In this document: piece after piece, positions 18,601-29,409 of the stretch
Layout: each line of letters opens with the position of its first letter
Numbering within the stretch: position 1 is the stretch's first letter
NCBI GenBank assembly: GCA_964016885.1
Contig: OZ024741.1
Coordinates: forward strand, 318,866,001 to 318,930,000
DNA length: 64,000 nucleotides
From: Eledone cirrhosa
Taxonomy: Eukaryota
Reading direction: 5' to 3'
The notes under the pieces: model-generated
What the model saw: the letters and a program-made list of their open reading frames with translations, nothing else
What the model was told of the DNA's origin: nothing
Database searches by the model: none
Program-made: the position numbers and the translations under genes

Positions 18601-21600
18601 CATCATTACTAACATCACCACTAACATCACCACTAACATCACCACCACCATCACCACTAACATCACTACTAACATCACCACCACCATCACCACTAACATC
18701 ACCACTAACATCACTCCTAACATCACCACTAACATCACCACTAACATCATCACTAACATCACCACCACCATCACCACCACCATCACCAGTAACATCACCA
18801 CTAACATCACCACTAACATCACCACTAACATCACCACTAACATCACCACTAACATCACCACAACCATCACCACTAACATCACCACTAACATCATCACTAA
18901 CATCACCACTAACATCACCACTAACATCATCACTAACATCATCACTAACATCACCACTCACATCACCACTAACATCATCACTAACATCACCACTTACATC
19001 ACCACTAACATCACCACTAACATCACCACTAACATCACCACCACCATCACCACTAACATCACCACTAACATCACCACTAACATCACCACTAACATCACCA
19101 CCACTAACATCACTACTAACATCATCACTAACATCATCACTAACATCACCACTCACATCACCACTAACATCATCACTAACATCACCACTTACATCACCAC
19201 TAACATCACCACTAACATCACCACTAACATCACCACCACCATCACTACTAACATCACCACTAACATCACCACTAACATCATCACTAACATCACCACCACC
19301 ATCACCACCACCATCACCAGTAACATCACCACTAACATCACCACTAACATCACCACAACCATCACCACTAACATCATCACTAACATCACCACTTACATCA
19401 CCACTAACATCACCACTAACATCACCACTAACATCACCACCACCATCACCACTAACATCACCACTAACATCACCACTAACATCACCACTACCATCACCAC
19501 TAACATCACTACTAACATCACTACTAACATCACCACCACCATCACTACTAACATCACCACTAACATCACCACTAACATCACCACTAACATCACCACTAAC
19601 ATCACCACTAACATCACCACCACCATCACCACTAACATTACCACTACCATCACCACTAACATCACCACTAACATCACCACTAACATCACTACTAACATCA
19701 CCACTAACATCACCACCACCATCACCACTAACATTACCACTACCATCACCACTAACATCACCACTAACATCACCACTACCATCACCACTACCATCACCAC
19801 TAACATCACTACTAACAACACCACTAACATCACCACTAACATCACCACCACCATCACCACTAACATCACTACTAACATCACCACCACCATCACTACTAAC
19901 ATCACCACTAACATCACCACTAACATCACCACCACCATCACCACTAACATCACTACTAACATCACCACTAACATCACCACCACCATCACTACTAACATCA
20001 CTACTAACATCACCACTAACATCACCACCACCATCACCACTAACATCACTACTAACATCACCACTAACATCACCACCACCATCACTACTAACATCACCAC
20101 TAACATCACCACTAACATCACCACCACCATCACTACTAACATCACCACTAACATCACCACTAACATCACTACTAACATCACCACTAACATCACCACCACC
20201 ATCACCACTAACATCACCACTACCATCACCACTAACATCACCACTAACATCACCACTAACATCACCACCACCATCACTACTAACATCACCACTAACATCA
20301 CCACTAACATCACTACTAACATCACCACTAACATCACCACCACCATCACCACTAACATCACCACTAACATCACCACTAACATCACTACTAACATCACAAC
20401 TAACATCACCACTAACATCACCACTAACATCACCACCACCATCACTACTAACATCACCACTAACATCACTACTAACATCACCACTAACATCACCACCACC
20501 ATCACTACTAACATCACCACTAACATCACCACTAACATCACCACTAACATCACCACTAACATCACCACTAACATCACCACCACCATCACCACTAACATTA
20601 CCACTACCATCACCACTAACATCACCACTAACATCACCACTAACATCACTACTAACATCACCACTAACATCACCACCACCATCACCACTAACATCACCAC
20701 TAACATCACCACTAACATCACTACTAACATCACCACTAACATCACCACCACCATCACTACTAACATCACCACTAACATCACTACTAACATCACCACTAAC
20801 ATCACCACCACCATCACCACTAACATCACTACTAACATCACCACTAACATCACCACTAACATCACTACTAACATCACCACTAACATCACCACTAACAGCA
20901 CCACCACCATCACCACTAACATCACTACTAACATCACCACCACCATCACCACTAACATCACCACTAACATCACCACTAACATCACTACAAACATCACTAC
21001 TAACATCACCACCACCATCACTACTAACATCACCACTAACATCACCACTAACATCACCACTAACATCACCACTAACATCACCACTAACATCACCACCACC
21101 ATCACCACTAACATTACCACTACCATCACCACTAACATCACCACTAACATCACCACTAACATCACTACTAACATCACCACTAACATCACCACCACCATCA
21201 CCACTAACATCACCACTAACATCACCACTAACATCACTACTAACATCACCACTAACATCACCACCACCATCACTACTAACATCACCACTAACATCACTAC
21301 TAACATCACCACTAACATCACCACCACCATCACCACTAACATCACTACTAACATCACCACTAACATCACCACTAACATCACTACTAACATCACCACTAAC
21401 ATCACCACTAACAGCACCACCACCATCACCACTAACATCACTACTAACATCACCACCACCATCACCACTAACATCACCACTAACATCACCACTAACATCA
21501 CTACAAACATCACTACTAACATCACCACCACCATCACTACTAACATCACCACTAACATCACCAGTAACATCACCACTAACATCACCACTAACATCACTAC

Positions 21601-24500
21601 TAACATCACCACTAACATCACCACTAACATCACCACTAACATCACTACTAACATCACCACTAACATCACCACTAACATCACCACCACCATCACCACCACC
21701 ATCACCACTAACATCACCACTAACATCACCACTAACATCACCACTAACATCACCAGTAACATCACCACTAACATCACCACCACCATCACCACTAACATCA
21801 CCACTAACATCACCACTAACATCACCACTAACATCACTACTAACATCACCACTAACATCACCACTAACATCACCACTAACATCACCACTAACATCACCAC
21901 TAACATCACCAGTAACATCACCACTAACATCACCACCACCATCACCACTAACATCACCACTAACATCACCACTAACATCACCACTAACATCACTACTAAC
22001 ATCACCACTAACATCACCACTAACATCACCACTAACATCACCACTAACATCACCACTAACATCACCAGTAACATCACCACTAACATCACCACCACCATCA
22101 CCACTAACATCACCACTAACATCACCACTAACATCACCACCACCATCATTACTAACATCACTACTAACATCACCACTAACATCACCACTAACATCACCAC
22201 TAACATCACCACTAACATCACTACTAACATCACCACTAACATCACCACTAACATCACCACTAACATCACCACTAACATCACCACTAACATCACCAGTAAC
22301 ATCACCACTAACATCACCACTAACATCACCACCACCATCACCACTAACATCACCACCACCATCACCACTAACATCACCACTAACATCACCACTAACATCA
22401 CCACTAACATCACCACTAAGATCACTACTAACATCACCACTAACATCACCACTAACATCACCACTAACATCACCACTAACATCACCACTAACATCACTAC
22501 TAACATCACCACCACCATCACCACTAACATCACCACTAACATAACCACTAACATCACCACTAACATCACCACCACCATCACCACTAACATCACCACTAAC
22601 ATCACCACCACCATCACCACTAACATCACCACTAACATCACCACTAACATCACCACTAACATCACCACCACCATCACCACTAACATCACCACTAACATCA
22701 CCACTAACATCACCACTAACATCACCACCACCATCACCACTAACATCACCACTAACATCACCACCACCATCACCACTAACATCACCACCACCATCACCAC
22801 TAACATCACCACTAACATCACCACTAACATCACCACTAACATCACTACTAACATCACCACTAACATCACCACCACCATCACCACTAACATCACCACTAAC
22901 ATCACCACTAACATCACCACTAACATCACCACCACCATCACCACTAACATCACCACTAACATCACCACCACCATCACCACTAACATCACCACTAACATCA
23001 CCACTAACATCACCACTAACATCACCACCACCATCACCACTAACATCACCACTAACATCACCACTAACATCACCACTAACATCACCACCACCATCACCAC
23101 TAACATCACCACTAACATCACCACTAACATCACCACTAACATCACCACCACCATCACCACTAACATCACCACTAACATCACCACCACCATCACCACTAAC
23201 ATCACCACCACCATCACCACTAACATCACCACTAACATCACCACCACCATCACCACTAACATCACCACTAACATCACCACTAACATCACCACTAACATCA
23301 CCACCACCATCACCACTAACATCACCACTAACATCACCACTAACATCACCACTAACATCACCACCACCATCACCACTAACATCACCACTAACATCACCAC
23401 CACCATCACCACTAACATCACCACCACCATCATCACTAACATCACCACTAACATCACCACTAACATCACCACTAACATCACTACTAACATCACCACTAAC
23501 ATCACCACCACCATCACCACTAACATCACCACTAACATCACCACCACCATCACAACTAACATCACCACTAACATCACTACTAACATCACCACCACCATCA
23601 CCACCACCATCACCACTAACATCACTACTAACATCACCACCACCATCACCACCACCATCACCACTAACATCACCACTAACATCACCACTAACATCACCAC
23701 TAACATCACCACTAACATCACTACTAACATCACCACCACCATCACCACCACCATCACTACTAACATCACCACCACCATCACCACTCACATCACCACTAAC
23801 ATCACCACTAACATCACCACTCACATCACCACTAACATCACCACTAACATCACCACAACATCACCACTAACATCACTACTAACATCACCACCACCATCAC
23901 CACTAACATCACCACTAACATCATCATCACCACCATCACCACTAACATCATCACCACTACCATCACTACTAACATCATCATCACCACTAACCTCATCACC
24001 ACCATCACCACTAACATCATCACCACCATCACCACTAACATCATCACCACTAACATCATCATCACCACTAACATCATCATCACCACTAACATCACCACCA
24101 CCATCACCACTAACATCATCATCACCACTAACATCATCACGTCCATCATCACCACCATCATCACCACTAACATCGTCACCACCATCATCACCACTAACAT
24201 CACCATCACTACTAACATCATCATCACCACTAACATCATCACCACCACCACTAACATCATAATCACCATCATCACCACTAACATCATCATCACCATCCTC
24301 ACCACTAACATCATCACCACTAACATCATCAGCACCAACATCATCAACATCACCATCATCACCACTAACATCATCACCACCACCAACATCACCACTACCA
24401 TCCTCACCACTAACATCATCATCAGCACCAACATCACCACTAATATCAACATCAACACCAACATCACCAATAACATCATTATTATCACCAACACCATCAT
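655..24500. repeat. Giant 12-bp satellite (ATCACCACTAAC)n, ~23.8 kb, roughly 1950 units, with 9- and 15-bp variants
   Basis: Direct: continuous tandem array. Main variants are ATCACTACTAAC, ATCACCACCACC and ATCATCACTAAC. It decays into mixed ATC/ACC triplets from ~23900 to 24500. Confidence 0.99.
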
Positions 24501-24636
24501 CATTATTCTTATTTTTAGTACTTGCTGTCACTACATTACCGAGCACAGCTCTGTGTTCCTTGGGTATGTGCAGTGTTGTTTTTGGTGTTGTTTCTATTGT
24601 ATTGAGAACACTCTTCATAATATGTGTGCAATGCTT

Positions 24637-24826
24637 AATAATTGTTTCTACTTTTGGCACAAGGCCAGCAATTATCTCAGTGTATTACTGGTACTTTATT
24701 TTATCGACCCCGTAAGGATGAAAGGCAAAGTTAACCTCGGCGGGATTTGAACTCAGAATGGCAAGGGCCGTAACTCTTTGCTGCAAAGCATGGTGTCAGA
24801 CGCTCTACCGATACTGCCATCCACCG
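24637..24826 (-). mobile_element. tRNA-derived SINE (main family) with 10-bp TSD
   Basis: Minus strand has A-box-like TGGCAGTATCGGT, B-box GAGTTCAAATC, core GCCTTTCATCCTTACGGGGTCGATAAAATAAAGTACCAG and end CCTTGTGCCAAAAGTAGAAACAATTATT. TSD ATGCTTAATA at 24631-24640 and 24827-24836. Confidence 0.92.
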
Positions 24827-24832
24827 ATGCTT

Positions 24833-25490
24833 AATAGTGCTATATCCTGTATGTATATATTTGTAAGTCCTGGGCTACTGTGTACTATATGTACAGTACC
24901 AAATAGTGCTATATCCTGCATGTATATATTTGTAAGTCCTGGGCTACTGTGTACTATATGTACAGTACCAAATAGTGCTATATCCTGCATGTATATATTT
25001 GTAAGTCCTGGGCTACTGTGTACTATATGTACAGTACCAAATAGTGCTATATCCTGTATGTATATATTTGTAAGTCCTGGGCTACTGTGTACTATATGTA
25101 CAGTACCAAATAGTGCTATATCCTGTATGTATATATTTGTAAGTCCTGGGCTACTGTGTACTATATGTACAGTACCAAATAGTGCTATATTCTGCATGTA
25201 TATATTTGTAAGTCCTGGGCTACTGTGTACTATATGTACAGTACCAAATAGTGCTATATCCTGTATGTATATATTTGTAAGTCCTATGTAATATATATGC
25301 AGCACCTAACAGTGTTATTTTCTGTATACTGTATATATATGTAGGTCCTGAGGCACACTATGTAATATGTGTGCAATTCCTAGTAATGTTATTTTCTGTA
25401 TGTTACATATATTTTGTCCTGAGGTACTCTACATATGTGTGCATTACCTAGTAGTACTATTCTTTGTATATTGTATACATAAATCCTGGA
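24833..25490. repeat. 69-bp minisatellite (~6.6 near-perfect copies, then ~3 degenerate copies)
   Basis: Direct: unit AATAGTGCTATATCCTGYATGTATATATTTGTAAGTCCTGGGCTACTGTGTACTATATGTACAGTACCA; 23-aa periodicity in the ORF track; degenerate after ~25290. Confidence 0.96.
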
Positions 25491-25760
25491 GTTTTGGTTA
25501 TGTATCTCTGGGTGTGTAGGTGTATGTGTGAGTGTGAGGATTTTTGTGTGTGTGTGTGTGTTTTATCATTATAGGAAATTTTTCTATTTTCATCATCCAC
25601 ATTCAGACAATTTCTATCTCTAGGTCTTTATATTTGGCTAATTTCCCAATTTCCTTGAGAGACATGTTGTCATCTGTGAGAAGTGATATGTCAATTAGGT
25701 TTTGTTCTCTTTGTGGGCTTTGACTACAATATTTGACTGTTATTGTTATTGATATTATAA

Positions 25761-25928
25761 GGGCAGTTGATAAGCAGTATCGGTAGAGGGTCGGACGCCA
25801 TGCTTTGTAGCATAGAGTTACGCCCCTTTACAGTCTGAGTTCAAATCCCACCGAGGTTAACTTTGTCTTTTATCCTTACGGGGTCAATAAAATAAAGGGC
25901 CTTGTGCCAAAAATAGAAACAATTATTA
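25761..25928 (+). mobile_element. tRNA-derived SINE (main family, internal deletion)
   Basis: Same head, B-box, core and end as the 24637 copy; flanked by TTATTGATATTAT on both sides. Confidence 0.88.
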
Positions 25929-25947
25929 TTGATATTATTAATATTGA

Positions 25948-26168
25948 GGGCAGTGGATTGGCTGAATCAGTAGAGTAACGAATATATGCATTGCGATATT
26001 TGTTATGACTCTTTATGTTCTGAGTTCAAATCCTACTGAGGTCAACTTTGCTTTTCATCCTTTCGAGTCAATAATATATAGTATCAGTAAAGCACTGGAA
26101 TCGATTTAACTGACTTTACCCCTCTCTCTAAATTGCTGACCTTGTGCCAAAAGTAGAAACAATAATTA
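25948..26168 (+). mobile_element. tRNA-derived SINE, older and longer subfamily
   Basis: B-box GAGTTCAAATCC, core CTTTGCTTTTCATCCTTTCGAGTCAATAA, extra body segment, same 3' end CCTTGTGCCAAAAGTAGAAAC. Confidence 0.85.
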
Positions 26169-26239
26169 ATATTATTATCCTTATTATTGTGAATGCTTTT
26201 CATCATATTTTATATAATATCTTGTGTTAATTATTTGTG

Positions 26240-26524
26240 GGCAACAATGTGGTTTCAGGTTCAATCCCACATTGTGGAACTTTGAGCAAAAGTCATGTAG
26301 CCTTGGGTTGATCAATTCCATGTGAACAACAGAAACCCATTTTATACATATATATATATATATATATATGGTGTTAAGAAGGGCATCCCACAGTAGAAAC
26401 CAACCCAAAATCAGTTCTGTATGAGCAAGACATGGTCACCTGACTAGGCCTATCTCGCAACAGGACAACCCATCTAAACCATGTTAGCATGGAAAAAAAA
26501 TAGACATTAAAAGGTGATGATGAT
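26240..26524 (+). mobile_element. Degenerate SINE head, then (TA)n, then RTE-type 3' tail ending in (GAT)n
   Basis: B-box-like GGTTCAATCCC at ~26258; 26369-26524 matches the RTE 3' end at 28170-28334 (GGTGTTAAGAAGGGCATCC...CCATGTTAGCATGGAAAA). Confidence 0.7.
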
Positions 26525-26587
26525 ATATATATATATATACATACATATATATATACATATATACATATATATATACACACACATGTA

Positions 26588-26620
<33 letters not shown>

Positions 26621-26621
<1 letters not shown>

Positions 26622-26902
26622 ATTAAAAAATTGGAGAATAACATGGTCATCAGTACAAAAAAGGGGATTTATTTACAGTCTAACAATTGTTTCACTGATA
26701 AAGTTGTCTAAAAATTGCTGAACACTAATTTTTATAACAGTTTCTGAAGATCTGATTGAGCTAACATCGTATTTAAAATTGAGTGGCACTGGTTCTAGTG
26801 TTCAGCAATTTTTAGACAACTTTATCAGTGAAACAATTGTTAGATTGTAAATAAATCCCCTTTTTTGTACTGTTGACCATGTTATTCTCCACTTTTTCAA
26901 TT
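26621..26902. repeat. Long inverted repeat: ~107-bp arms, ~68-bp spacer
   Basis: Direct: 26621-26727 is the reverse complement of 26796-26902 with about 4 mismatches. Confidence 0.95.
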
Positions 26903-27050
26903 TTATTACTCCAAGATAAACTTACCTAGGAATACAAGTGAAATCATAAACTCTTGTTGAGTCAAACAACGCCGTACGCTAAAACTATCCATATTAAGAA
27001 GTATTCACAACCTCTAACTGGATTACCTATAACGATATTTTGTTATCCCT

Positions 27051-27081
<31 letters not shown>

Positions 27082-27245
27082 ATAGGACCGAGTAGGACCC
27101 TGACGGCTGAGCTCAAGCCGTTTCGACAGCTAATTCTGGCAGAATATATATGTACGAAAGGTGTAGGTAGGAACTCCTACATATATAAAAAATATATAAA
27201 TATATATATATATGTATATATATAAAAAAAAAACATATATATATA

Positions 27246-28334
27246 TGTAGGAAAGGTGTAGGTAGGAACTCCATCCTCTGCCCCAAATGCAAACAATGGG
27301 TACACAAGAGATGTAGTGGCATCTCAGGAAGCTTAACTAAGAATGTAGGCTTTACATGTAGCAGCTGCACTGGGACAACAAGCAACAAACGGCCACAGGA
27401 AATAAGCACCATCAAACTATGGGCGGGCTCTGTAGAAACAAAAGACAGTTTCTGCTACCTAGGTGACCAAATTAACAGTGGAGGTAGCTGTTCAGAAAAT
27501 ACAGTAACCAGGGTAAGAACAGGATGGAAGAAATCCAGGGAGCTACGCCACTGCTAGCTGCAAAAGGCTTTTCCTTCAAAATGAAAGGCAGACTATATGA
27601 TATGTGCATACGAACAGCAATGTTACATGGTTGTGAGACCTGGGCATTGTGTGTAAGAAGACTTGCATAGATTAGAAAGAAACGAAGCCTGCATGTTCCG
27701 ATGGATGTGTAATAGTAATATACACAAACAGCAAAGCAAAAACAAATTGAGAGAGAGACTGAGCATAAGAGGAATCAAATGCTGTGTGCAGGAGAGGCGG
27801 TTGCGTTGGTATGGACATGTGATGCATATGAAGGATGACAGCTGCATAAAAAGGTGCAGAGCACTAGAAGTTGATGGAAGCCATGGAGTGGGGAGACCCA
27901 GAAGAGCTGGGATGAGGTGATAAAAGCCAACCTTACCCAATTGCACCTCTCAAAGGCGATGACTCACGACCGTGACCTCTCAGTAATACAGAAGACCCGA
28001 CCCCCCACGGGTACAAGCCGAAGCTGAAGCATCTAGACAATACGCCCCCACCCCCTCCCACTGCAAAGTGGTAATGGAGGTGCCACAGCAAAAAAGCACC
28101 CAGCCCACACTGTAAAGTGGTCGTGTAGGCGCCACAGAAAAAAAGCACCCAGCACTCACTGTAAATGAGGTTGGTGTTAGGAAGGGCATCCAGCTGTAGA
28201 AATCAAGCCAGAATCAGTTCCTGTATGAACAAGACAAGGTCAGCCGACCGGACACTGCCCACAACAGGTCAACCCGTCAAACCCATGCTAGCGTGGAAGA
28301 ATGAACATAAAATTGTGATGATGATGATGATGAT
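27246..28334 (+). mobile_element. 5'-truncated RTE LINE (subfamily B), disrupted
   Basis: Encodes CRKGVGRNSILCPKCKQWVHKRC, FCYLGD, RLRWYGHVMHM and GRPRR; RTE 3'UTR; (GAT)n tail; (TA)n flanks. Confidence 0.92.
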
Positions 28335-28639
28335 ATATAAGGTGTAATAATTTGCTTGAAGCATTGTAGAATATGTAAATGAAAAGTGTTTAGGAAGCCA
28401 TCCAAAGCAAATGTGTTACAATTACCAAGATAACAAGTTGGAAGGGAATTGAAAGATGAGGTAGAAAGCAAAAAACTGGAGATGGAAGAAAATAAAAGAA
28501 AATAAAAAAGAATGATTGAAAGTTACATTAGCAATTTATCAGTCCCAAAATTTTCCTGAATTATCATCCATTATCAAGAGGAGGCTGTAGGGGGTAGAGA
28601 ACTCAGAGATTGCCTTCTTGGTTGGTGTTTATGTTCATC

Positions 28640-29045
28640 TTTTAGAAATAGTTAAGAATGGATTTCAAGTTTTACTTTTGTCTTGTGGTATGTGTGTGTG
28701 AATGTGTGTGCATATGAGAGTGAGTATGTGTGTGTGTGAGTGTGTGTAAGTGTGTGTATGTAGGGCTAAAAGATCAAGTTACTTTTAGAGTTTGCAGATA
28801 AAAACAAGGACAAAAAAAGGAAATAAAATAAAAATACAAATAAAGATATAAACATGATTGGAAGGGGTCTTTTTGTGCGGAGATGGGGAAGGGGGGAGGG
28901 GTTAAATTTGTCAAAGAATAGGTTTCTATATTTGAGAAAAAAAAAAGGATGAAAAAAGAATAAAAAACGGGTTTTAATGGCGCTTTTCTTGGAATTATGA
29001 TTTTCCCTTTTATCTTGTGGTGTATGTGTGTGTGGTTGTATGTCT
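28640..29045. repeat. Left member of a diverged inverted-repeat pair (partner 33185-33470)
   Basis: Collinear reverse-complement blocks, e.g. AAATTTGTCAAAGAATAGGTTTCT vs AGAAACTTATTCTTTGACAAATTT and TTTATCTTGTGGTGT vs ACACCACAAGATAAA. Confidence 0.8.
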
Positions 29046-29113
29046 ATAGCTTTGCTTACAGATGTGTGTAAATTGGTTATTCCCATCTATAGATCATTAT
29101 TTATTGTCTAATG

Positions 29114-29307
29114 GGCGGTGCGGTAGATTAGCAGTATCGGTAGAGCATCAGACAACATGCTTTGCAGCAAAGAGTTATGGCCCTTTACGTCCTGAGTTCA
29201 ACTCCCGCCGAGGTTAACTTTGCTTTTCATCCTTACGGGGTCGATAAAGTAAAGTACCAGTAATGCACTGGGATAATTGCTGGCCTTGTGCCAAAAGTAG
29301 AAACAAG
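29114..29307 (+). mobile_element. tRNA-derived SINE (main family) with 16-bp TSD
   Basis: Full head, core and end; TSD TATTTATTGTCTAATG at 29098-29113 and 29308-29323. Confidence 0.93.
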
Positions 29308-29409
29308 TATTTATTGTCTAATGAGGACAGTTACGTATTTAATTGTAGTTTATATTTTTTAAGGAATTGTTTTTTCTTTATTTTCTGTTGAGTGAAACTC
29401 TGACTTTAT

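Noticed and set aside
626-23784. Multi-thousand-aa (MLVV)n ORFs on the minus strand
   Set aside because: By-product of the 12-mer. This frame picks up stops wherever TTA mutates (e.g. 10025, 11564, 15025, 16546, 17182), as expected for neutral DNA.
24600-24660. MPKVETII start of ORF 23821-24660
   Set aside because: The start codon is a GTG inside the SINE 3' end.
24758-25305. Cys-rich 23-aa repeat proteins on both strands
   Set aside because: A 69-bp minisatellite open on both strands; the + ORF starts inside a SINE and the degenerate copies break frame.
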